A stretch of DNA of 64,000 bases from Candidatus Hadarchaeales archaeon (GTDB lineage Archaea > Hadarchaeota > Hadarchaeia > Hadarchaeales > WYZ-LMO6). Both the position numbers and the translations under genes were made by a program. Under the pieces are notes generated by a model. That model searched no databases. It was not told the origin of the DNA and saw nothing but the letters and a program-made list of their open reading frames with translations. The stretch covers positions 44,345 through 108,344 of the forward strand of contig JAWCKR010000003.1 in NCBI GenBank assembly GCA_038851755.1. The letters run 5' to 3'. Position 1 is the stretch's first letter, and every line of letters begins with the position of its first letter. Below are positions 56,906 through 64,000 of this stretch, piece after piece.

Positions 56906-58593
56906 GCTTTCCTGACTTCCTCCCTCAGTTCCCTGTGAGAAATCTTCCCCACATCGGTTTTGGGAAGCTCTCCCCTGAATTCCACCATCTTCGGCACCTT
57001 GTAGGGAGCCAGTTTCTTCTTGCAGTACTCTATGATCTCCTCCTCAGAAACTTTACCCCTGGCTTCGCTTTGCAGGACCACGTAGGCCTTGACTATTTCT
57101 CCCAATTGGGGATGGGGAACGCCTATCACAGCTGCCTCCTTCACCTGAGGATGCTCGTAGAGAACGTCCTCTATCTCCCTAGCGTAAATGGAGAAGCCCT
57201 TGTACTTGATCAGGTCCTTCTTCCTTTCGAAGAAGTAGAAGTAACCCTCTTCGTCCATCTTGGCCAAATCTCCCGTCCTAAGCCAGGTCTTTCCTTCTAT
57301 CTTCACAAGTACTTTCTTCGTTTCTTCGGGGTTCTTCCAGTAGCCCTTCATCACCTGTGGTCCGTGGATTACAACTTCACCTATTTCACCCACCTTCAGG
57401 AACTGGTTTTTCTCGGGGTGAGCTATGGCGGCTAAAGTGCTGGGGAGGGGAATCCCAAAGGAATCCGCCTTAACCTTGTGGTAGGGGTTGCTGTGGGTGA
57501 CGGTGCTGGTCTCGGTCAAACCGTATCCCTGGATGATCCTGGTGCCGGTTTTCTTTTCCCAATCCTGATAAGTGGAGGGATGCAATACATCGGCCCCCGA
57601 AGTGATGAGCTTGAGTCCTTTCCAGTTTACTCTAAGGGTTTTCTCGTAGTCCTTCAGGAACTCGAACACAGTGGGTACGGCATTGAACACCGTGGCTTTG
57701 TACTTCCCGATGGAGTCCAGTATCTCATCAGGATCGAAGGTGGTGAAAAGGATGAGGGTGGAGCCCCAGCAAAGCCCAAAGATAAGAGCCACCACCTGGC
57801 CATAGATGTGATAGAAAGGCAGGAAAGCCACCACCACCTCTTTCCCTTCCTCTAGGATAGGCCAGAAGGCCCTTATTTGTGCCATGTTGGCGACCACGTT
57901 GCGATGGGGTACCATCACACCCTTCGGGACTCCTGTGGTGCCTCCTGAATAGGGAAGTGCGGCCAGGTCCTCCTGGGGGTTTATTTTTACCCTTGGTGGG
58001 TGTGGAGGATATTTCTTGAGCAGCTCCTGGAATTGGTAGATTCCTTCCCTCTTGGGAATCTTGGGAGTGGGTATCATACCCTTTTTGTAGAGTTTACCGA
58101 GAAGGCTCTTTCCCATGAACCTCTTGAGGGAAGGCAGATATTCGCCGATGTTGGTCGTGATGATATGATCCAGCTCTAGGCCCGTCTTTTCCACGTTCTC
58201 GAGGAGGGTGTCCAGGCAGACGATGGTTTTGGCTCCACTGTCTTTTAGTTGGTATGCCACCTCCTTGGAGACGTAGAGGGGGCTTATGGGAGTCACCGTG
58301 GCACCCGTCTTCAGAATACCGAAGTAGGAAATGACGAACTGGGGGCAGTTGGGGAGATAGAGGGCAACCCTTTCCCCCTTCTTTATCCCCAAGTCGAAAA
58401 GGGCAGCAGCGAACCTATCTACGTCCCCTCTCAGCTCCCGGTAGCTTATCTTTCTCCCGTAGAAGATCAGAGCCGTTCTGTCGGAGTATTTCTCAGAGGC
58501 CTCGTCAAAAATCTCAGGCACGGACTTGTTGGGAATTTCAATTTCCTTGGGCACCCCTTTAGGGTAGGATTTTAGCCAGGGAGTCCCAGGCAT
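56902..58593 (-). CDS. Long-chain-fatty-acid--CoA ligase (FadD-like)
   Basis: YSGGTTGVPKG, GYGLTE, LRTGD and LPKTDVGK motifs. Confidence 0.9.
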   Translation of the reverse strand: MPGTPWLKSYPKGVPKEIEIPNKSVPEIFDEASEKYSDRTALIFYGRKISYRELRGDVDRFAAALFDLGIKKGERVALYLPNCPQFVISYFGILKTGATVTPISPLYVSKEVAYQLKDSGAKTIVCLDTLLENVEKTGLELDHIITTNIGEYLPSLKRFMGKSLLGKLYKKGMIPTPKIPKREGIYQFQELLKKYPPHPPRVKINPQEDLAALPYSGGTTGVPKGVMVPHRNVVANMAQIRAFWPILEEGKEVVVAFLPFYHIYGQVVALIFGLCWGSTLILFTTFDPDEILDSIGKYKATVFNAVPTVFEFLKDYEKTLRVNWKGLKLITSGADVLHPSTYQDWEKKTGTRIIQGYGLTETSTVTHSNPYHKVKADSFGIPLPSTLAAIAHPEKNQFLKVGEIGEVVIHGPQVMKGYWKNPEETKKVLVKIEGKTWLRTGDLAKMDEEGYFYFFERKKDLIKYKGFSIYAREIEDVLYEHPQVKEAAVIGVPHPQLGEIVKAYVVLQSEARGKVSEEEIIEYCKKKLAPYKVPKMVEFRGELPKTDVGKISHRELREEVRKA

Positions 58594-58639
58594 TCAACTT
58601 CTTTTCCCTTCTCGATTTAAGTGCTTTTACCATCGGAGA

Positions 58640-59611
58640 CTATTCGCTTTCCACCCTCAGGCCTTCCCCCCCCAGGGTCACCGACAGAGGCTTTCCCCCA
58701 GCCCTCCTGATGGCTTGTGAGACCTCCTCCTCCCTGCCAGGGCAGAGGGCCAGCATGCACCCCCCTCCCCCTCCTCCCGTGAGCTTGGCCCCGTAGGCTC
58801 CGGCTTCCCTGGCCGTTCTGATGAGCCTCTCCAGAGCCGGAGAGCTCACGCCCAGAACTGCCAGGCAAGCTTGATTCGCATTCATCAGCGCCCCCGTCCT
58901 CCTCAGGTCCCCTTCCCTCAGGGAGCGAAGCCCTGCATCCGTGATCGTTCCCATCAGTCGGAAGAGGGCCTCCACCTCCCTGGGACGCTCCTCCCTCAGC
59001 CTCCTGACCTTCCTCACCATGGGCCCGGTGGCGCTGAAAACCCCGGTGTTCCCCACCACGAAGCCTGGAGTGGGGAGGTCTGGAATCCTCCTCACCTTCT
59101 TCCCCTCCATCCTGAGGAAGCCCCCGTAGGTGGCCACCGAGACACCGGCCCTGCTGGCCACGGACTGGATTTCCAGCTCGGTCCTGAAGGCCAGCTCCAC
59201 CACCTTCTTGGGGTCCACCTTCTCGCCCAGGAGGTGCAGCGCGGCAGCGATGGTGGCCACGCTGGTGGCGGAGGAGCTGGAAAGCCCCGCCCCCACAGGG
59301 AGGTCGGAAGAAACCTCCACCTCGAGCCCGCATCCCTCCCCCACCTCAGAAAAGACGAGTTCCAAGGCCTTCGCCACGTAGGAGAACTTTCCTTCCCTGA
59401 GCCTCACCCCAGGCCTCTCCCCCATCACTACCTCTCCCACCCCCCTTCCGAGTTCCCTCGACCGGATTTCCAGCCTGCGGTCTTTCCTCTCCCTCATCCC
59501 CACCCTCACCCTCCCGCTCACGGAGGCGTTGAGGGAGGGGTAACCATACACCACGGAGTGCTCTCCGAAGAGGAAAACGGCCCCCGGAGCACTCGTTTTG
59601 ACGACGCTCAT
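58640..59611 (-). CDS. Mevalonate-kinase-like GHMP kinase with atypical active site
   Basis: LFGEHSVVYG, PVGAGLSSS and KLTGGGGGGC motifs; canonical Lys and Asp replaced. Confidence 0.85.
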   Translation of the reverse strand: MSVVKTSAPGAVFLFGEHSVVYGYPSLNASVSGRVRVGMRERKDRRLEIRSRELGRGVGEVVMGERPGVRLREGKFSYVAKALELVFSEVGEGCGLEVEVSSDLPVGAGLSSSSATSVATIAAALHLLGEKVDPKKVVELAFRTELEIQSVASRAGVSVATYGGFLRMEGKKVRRIPDLPTPGFVVGNTGVFSATGPMVRKVRRLREERPREVEALFRLMGTITDAGLRSLREGDLRRTGALMNANQACLAVLGVSSPALERLIRTAREAGAYGAKLTGGGGGGCMLALCPGREEEVSQAIRRAGGKPLSVTLGGEGLRVESE

Positions 59612-60210
59612 CCCTCGTCCCCCACCGCTTCCGGGGAGTCGTAGGGTGGTCTGCCCAGGAAGAGAAGGGCGGCCAGCACCATCACGTACGCCGAGGCCAG
59701 GGAGGAGGAGAGGGTTTCAGGTATGGCCAGACCTTCCCACCGATGTGCCCAGGGTGTCCAGGAGAGGAAGAAGAGAAGGAAGGAAAGGAGGGAGGCCGTT
59801 CTCATGCTCTTCCTCCAGAAGAGGAGGGAAAAGGAGAGGGCGATGAAGGGGAAGAGAATGAAAAAGAGCACGGAGACCTGGAAGTGGAGGTCCCCGTAGC
59901 TCTCCGGGAAGAGCCCGATGCCGAAGAGGGCCAGGGAGTCCAGCGCCAGGAGGGAGGAGGAGAGGAGGCCTAAGGGGTCCCGTCTGGTGAGGGAGAGGGA
60001 GGCAAGGGAGAAGAGGAGGAGCAGCAGACCCGCCGCCATCAAGCCGGAGTTGAAGAGGGGTGCCGTTTCCCCCACCCCCAGGTCGCTGAGGGCGTTCTCC
60101 GTCCAGCTGAAGGAGGGGGAGAGGTGGATGGAGAGGAGGATGAAGGTGAAGGCGAGGGGAGGGGCCACCAGCCCGCAGAGCCCCAGCTTCCTCAGGAGAC
60201 TAGTCGACAT
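59608..60210 (-). CDS. DUF998-family membrane protein
   Basis: FSWTENALSDLG, FNSGL, GLFPE..LH and AIPE motifs. Confidence 0.8.
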   Translation of the reverse strand: MSTSLLRKLGLCGLVAPPLAFTFILLSIHLSPSFSWTENALSDLGVGETAPLFNSGLMAAGLLLLLFSLASLSLTRRDPLGLLSSSLLALDSLALFGIGLFPESYGDLHFQVSVLFFILFPFIALSFSLLFWRKSMRTASLLSFLLFFLSWTPWAHRWEGLAIPETLSSSLASAYVMVLAALLFLGRPPYDSPEAVGDEG

Positions 60211-60265
60211 CTCTCCGTTCTTTCCTAGAAGGAGATTTATAATGCCTCCCTCCCTTCCTCTTTGG

Positions 60266-60652
60266 ATGAAGATAGGAGAAGCGGCCAACCGGAAGCTGGT
60301 GAGGATGGACGGGGGAAAAAGCGTCCTGGAGGCCTGCAGGTTGATGGGTAAGAGGAGGATAGGGAGCGTGCTGGTAACCCTCAACGGGAAGCCCTATGGT
60401 ATCTTCACGGAAAGGGATCTCCTCTCGAAGGTGCTGGCGAAGGGGGTGGATTTGAAGAAAGCCAAGCTCAAAGATTATTCCTCCAGACCCCTGGTGACGG
60501 TGGACGAGAACTACACGGTGAAGGAGTGCGCTAGGATCATGTCGGAGATGAAGGTGAGAAGGCTGCTGGTTACCTCCAAGGGGAAGCTGGTGGGCATCTT
60601 CACCTCCTCCGACCTGACGAGGGTCCTCTCCAGGGCCCCCCTGGATTTCTGA
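60266..60652 (+). CDS. CBS-domain protein
   Basis: GIFTERD and GIFTSSD CBS pair. Confidence 0.9.
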   Translation: MKIGEAANRKLVRMDGGKSVLEACRLMGKRRIGSVLVTLNGKPYGIFTERDLLSKVLAKGVDLKKAKLKDYSSRPLVTVDENYTVKECARIMSEMKVRRLLVTSKGKLVGIFTSSDLTRVLSRAPLDF

Positions 60653-60660
60653 GGTGAAGG

Positions 60661-60852
60661 ATGCCAAAGTGTTCCTGCTGTGGGAGGGAACTGAAAGAGA
60701 AGGACAAGGAGAAGATCTGGAGGGAATGCCGCTACTGCGGCCTGCCGGTCTGCTTCAACTGCACCCACTACTTGGGGACTACCGTGCGCGATCTCTTCGG
60801 TGACCACGTAGAGGTAGTCTGCGTCTGCGGCGTCTGCAAGCCAAAGAAGTGA
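60661..60852 (+). CDS. Small double zinc-finger protein with FYVE-like Cys spacing
   Basis: Four CxxC pairs; GAGGTGA ribosome-binding site upstream; fits exactly between its neighbours. Confidence 0.8.
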   Translation: MPKCSCCGRELKEKDKEKIWRECRYCGLPVCFNCTHYLGTTVRDLFGDHVEVVCVCGVCKPKK

Positions 60853-60856
60853 GAGG

Positions 60857-61588
60857 ATGCGCTGGGAGGTGTGGGAGCCCTGGTATCTCAGGATAGCGGA
60901 GAGGCTGGGCCTCGACCGTGAGGAGGACGAGAGGGCGGTTAGGCTCCTCTCCGACTTCTTTCCCCCCCCGGAGCTGGAGGGGCTCAGGGGGAAGTTGAGG
61001 GGGAGGGAGTGCCTGGTCCTTGGTGCCGGTCCCTCCCTGGAAGAGGACCTGCGCAGGCTGGAGAGAGCCGGGAGGTTGGGGATGACGATTCTCTCCGCCG
61101 ACGGGGCTACCTCGGCGGCAATGAGGTTCCGGAGTCCCGACGTGGTGGTTACCGATCTGGATGGGAAAGTGGAGGACCAGGAGGAGGTCTGGAGGAGGGG
61201 TTCCTGGCTGGTCATCCATGTTCACGGCGACAACTACGCCAGGGTGAGGGAGTTCCTGAGGGGGAAAGAACCCGTGCGCTTGCTGGGAACCACCCAGCTG
61301 AGGCCGACGGGCAACCTCCTCAACTTCGGTGGGTTCACGGACGGGGACCGAGCGGCCTTTCTGGCCTGGGAGCTGGGGGCCAGGAGAATTTACTTGGCCG
61401 GAATGGATCTCGGGGAAGAGGTGGGGGAGTACTCAGGGAAGAAGGGGGGAGAGAGGAAGAGGGAAAAGCTCAGGATTTGCGGGGAGCTGCTGAGCTGGCT
61501 GGCAGGAGAGCTTGGCGCACCCCTCGTGAACCTGACCTCGGGAGGGGTGGAGATACCCCACGTTCCCAGGGAGAGCCTGAAGCCCTAG
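60857..61588 (+). CDS. mptE: 6-hydroxymethyl-7,8-dihydropterin diphosphokinase, MptE-like
   Basis: GAGPSL, ADGA, VTDLDG, HVHGDN and GGFTDGDRA motifs. Confidence 0.9.
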   Translation: MRWEVWEPWYLRIAERLGLDREEDERAVRLLSDFFPPPELEGLRGKLRGRECLVLGAGPSLEEDLRRLERAGRLGMTILSADGATSAAMRFRSPDVVVTDLDGKVEDQEEVWRRGSWLVIHVHGDNYARVREFLRGKEPVRLLGTTQLRPTGNLLNFGGFTDGDRAAFLAWELGARRIYLAGMDLGEEVGEYSGKKGGERKREKLRICGELLSWLAGELGAPLVNLTSGGVEIPHVPRESLKP

Positions 61589-62142
61589 AGCGGGAGAACC
61601 CTCTTTCCGTAGACGGAGTTCAGGACAACCCCTGCGGAGGTGTAAAGGGCGCTTAGCCCGCAGAAGACCCCCTCCGCCCCTGCTATCCTGAAAAGGAGAT
61701 CCTCACCTGTGGCGAAGGCTGCGGAGAGCAGGAAAAACAGGATGGTGAGCGTGACAAAGACCACCTGGAGGGCCCTTCCACCCACCTTAAAGGATCCTGC
61801 CGTCATGTAGAGGGTGAAGATTCCCCAGATGGCCATCCAGGCCGCGATCTCGCTGGTGTCGGCTATCACCAGACCCTCCCACTCGAAGAGCTTGAGGAGG
61901 GAGAGCCCTATCCAGAAGAGGCCATAGGAGGTGAAGGCCGTTCCCCCGAAGATGTTGTTTCTCTTGAAGTCGATGATTCCCGCTATGACCTGGGCCAGGC
62001 CACCGAAGAAGAAGCCGTAGGCGAAGGTGAGGGTGGCGGTCGTCAGGTCAAGGTTGTGCAGGTTGAGGAGCACCGTCGTGGCTCCGAAGGCCGCCAGGCC
62101 CAGGGCCGCCGGGTCCGCCAGCGTGGCTTCCTTCTCGGCCAT
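61585..62142 (-). CDS. Acetate uptake transporter (GPR1/FUN34/SatP family)
   Basis: ADPAALGLAAF, FFGGLAQ and AFTSYGLFW motifs. Confidence 0.92.
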   Translation of the reverse strand: MAEKEATLADPAALGLAAFGATTVLLNLHNLDLTTATLTFAYGFFFGGLAQVIAGIIDFKRNNIFGGTAFTSYGLFWIGLSLLKLFEWEGLVIADTSEIAAWMAIWGIFTLYMTAGSFKVGGRALQVVFVTLTILFFLLSAAFATGEDLLFRIAGAEGVFCGLSALYTSAGVVLNSVYGKRVLPL

Positions 62143-62298
62143 TGAATCCCCCTCTTTAGCCTCCTTTCCTTTTTAAGCTTTTTTGCAGTCGGGTGAAAAC
62201 ATGGGGTTCACTCCCTGGCTCCACGCTCCGTGGCCACGGATCCTGGAGCAGAAGGACGACTCGGAAGGGTTAAGAGGGGAAAGGAAAGAGGAGGGGAA

Positions 62299-62565
62299 AT
62301 GAGGGTGGTCATCACCGTGGTGGGAAGGGACAGGGTGGGAATCGTGGCCTCCATCTCTCAAGCCATAGCGGGAGTGGGGGCGAACATAGAGGATCTGACC
62401 TCCTCTAGGTTGGAGGACCAATTCGTGATGTTGGTGGTTTGTGAGGTAGAGGGGAAAGAGGGCTTCAGGCGCCTCAAGCGGGCGGTGGTCTCCGCCGGGA
62501 GGAAGATAGGAATGAAGGTGGTGGTCCAGAGGGAGGAGATCTTCAAGGCCATGCACAGGGTGTGA
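62299..62565 (+). CDS. ACT-domain protein (UPF0237)
   Basis: VITVVGRDRVGIVA and REEIFKAMHRV motifs. Confidence 0.9.
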   Translation: MRVVITVVGRDRVGIVASISQAIAGVGANIEDLTSSRLEDQFVMLVVCEVEGKEGFRRLKRAVVSAGRKIGMKVVVQREEIFKAMHRV

Positions 62566-62574
62566 GGTGGGGGG

Positions 62575-63936
62575 TTGAGATTCGCCAGCGAGGAGATCCT
62601 GGAGACCTTCAGGATGCTCCAGCTCGAGAAGCTGGAGATAAGGGCGGTCACCCTGGGTGTGAACCTCCTGGACTGCGTGGGGGGGAGCGCAGAGGAAACA
62701 GGAAGGAGGATGAGAAGGAAGATAGAAGAGGTGGCCGGAGGGTTCACCAGGACCGTGGAAGAGGTTTCTGAGGAGTTCGGGGTATCCGTGAGGAACAAAA
62801 GGATGGCCGTCACACCGCTCTCCCTCCTCCTCTCCGGGTCCCCCGGTCCGGGGGACGCCAGGGTTCTGGGCAAGTCCCTGGACGAGGCGGCGAGGGTGGT
62901 GGGGGTGGACCTGGTGGGTGGCTTCACGGCCCTGGTGGAGAAGGGTATGACCAGGGGGGACGCCGCCCTCATAGACGCCATCCCCCAGGTGCTAGCCGAG
63001 ACCGAGAGGGTGTGCTCCAGCGTGAACGTGGCCAGCACCAGGGCCGGGATCAACGTGGATGCGGTCAACCTGATGGCCAGGAAGATCAAGGAGACGGCTT
63101 GGAGGACCAAGGACCGGCAGGGAATAGGCTGTGCCAAGCTCGTGGTTTTCTGCAACGCCCCGAGCGACAACCCCTTCATGGCAGGGGCCTTCCACGGGGT
63201 GGAAGAGGGGGAGACCACGGTGAACGTGGGGATAAGTGGGCCCAGCGCGATAAGGGCTGCGGTGGAGGGATGCGGTGGGAGCTTGGAGGAGCTGAGCGAC
63301 TGCCTCAAGAGAGCCGCCTTCAAGATCACCAGGGTGGGGGAGCTGGTGGGGAAGGAAGTGGCCAGGAGGATGGGGGTGAAGTTCGGAATAGTGGACACCT
63401 CCATTGCCCCCACCACGGCGAAGGGGGACAGCGTGGCCGAGGTGGTGGAGAGGATGGGGGTGGAGAAGTGCGGGGCTCCAGGCACCACGGCCGCCGTGGC
63501 CATGCTGGTGGACTGCCTGAAGAAGGGGGGGATGATGGCGTGCACCCGCATAGGGGGGCTCAGCGGTACCTTCATCCCCGTCAGCGAGGATGCTGGCATG
63601 AACCGCCGGGTGAGAGAGGGGGTGATGAGCTTGGAGAAGCTGGAGGCCCTCACCAGCGTGTGCTCGGTGGGTCTGGACATGGTTTGCGTCCCGGGAGACA
63701 CGGATGAGTGGACCATAGCGGGGATCATAGCGGACGAGATGGCGGTGGGGGTGGTCAACGACAAGACCACCGCCGTGAGGATCATTCCCGTCCCAGGTAA
63801 GAGGGCTGGTCAGACCGTGAACTTCGGGGGCCTCTTCGGCAGGGGCACCGTGCTCAGGGTGCCCAAGTGGAAACCCGCTCGCTTCCTGGGGAGAGGGGGT
63901 CAGATAAGCAGGACCATCAGGAGCGCCAAGAACTGA
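62575..63936 (+). CDS. PFL-like family protein (UPF0210/DUF711)
   Basis: DNPFMAGAFHG, GGLSGTFIPVSED and VCSVGLDM motifs; usual partner of UPF0237. Confidence 0.93.
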   Translation: MRFASEEILETFRMLQLEKLEIRAVTLGVNLLDCVGGSAEETGRRMRRKIEEVAGGFTRTVEEVSEEFGVSVRNKRMAVTPLSLLLSGSPGPGDARVLGKSLDEAARVVGVDLVGGFTALVEKGMTRGDAALIDAIPQVLAETERVCSSVNVASTRAGINVDAVNLMARKIKETAWRTKDRQGIGCAKLVVFCNAPSDNPFMAGAFHGVEEGETTVNVGISGPSAIRAAVEGCGGSLEELSDCLKRAAFKITRVGELVGKEVARRMGVKFGIVDTSIAPTTAKGDSVAEVVERMGVEKCGAPGTTAAVAMLVDCLKKGGMMACTRIGGLSGTFIPVSEDAGMNRRVREGVMSLEKLEALTSVCSVGLDMVCVPGDTDEWTIAGIIADEMAVGVVNDKTTAVRIIPVPGKRAGQTVNFGGLFGRGTVLRVPKWKPARFLGRGGQISRTIRSAKN

Positions 63937-64000
63937 GGATCAGCCCTGGGGCTCCCCTTCCTTTTTCCCCTTCCTTGCGAGGATTTCCTGGTAGATGTTC

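Overview
A gene-dense, GC-rich archaeal chromosomal segment, probably from a thermophilic anaerobe. The combination of SepRS, FtsZ/SepF, MptE, proteasome beta and archaeal r-proteins suggests a Hadarchaeota-like lineage (inference only). Housekeeping genes include alaS, dys, rpl12/10/1/11, spt5, secE, ftsZ, dtdA, sua5, rpl37e, lsm, sepF, aCPSF1, psmB, nob1, NAD kinase, aIF5A and sepS, plus four tRNAs (Val-GAC, Ala-GGC, Cys-GCA, Val-CAC). There are two small decayed AT-richer patches: a truncated integrase with cargo beside tRNA-Ala, and a HEPN-MNT pair with gene debris. Catabolic content includes a seven-gene FrhB-IorAB-GlcD-HdrD-CCG-LutB redox operon, a CoA-transferase-GNAT fusion, and a Liv-type ABC importer with an acyl-CoA ligase split over convergent operons. 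A long beta-helix surface protein is also present. The best novelty leads are the redox operon, a mevalonate-kinase homologue lacking both canonical catalytic residues, and a stand-alone FYVE-like zinc finger. No CRISPR array or rRNA was seen. All calls rest on motif recognition, not database searches.
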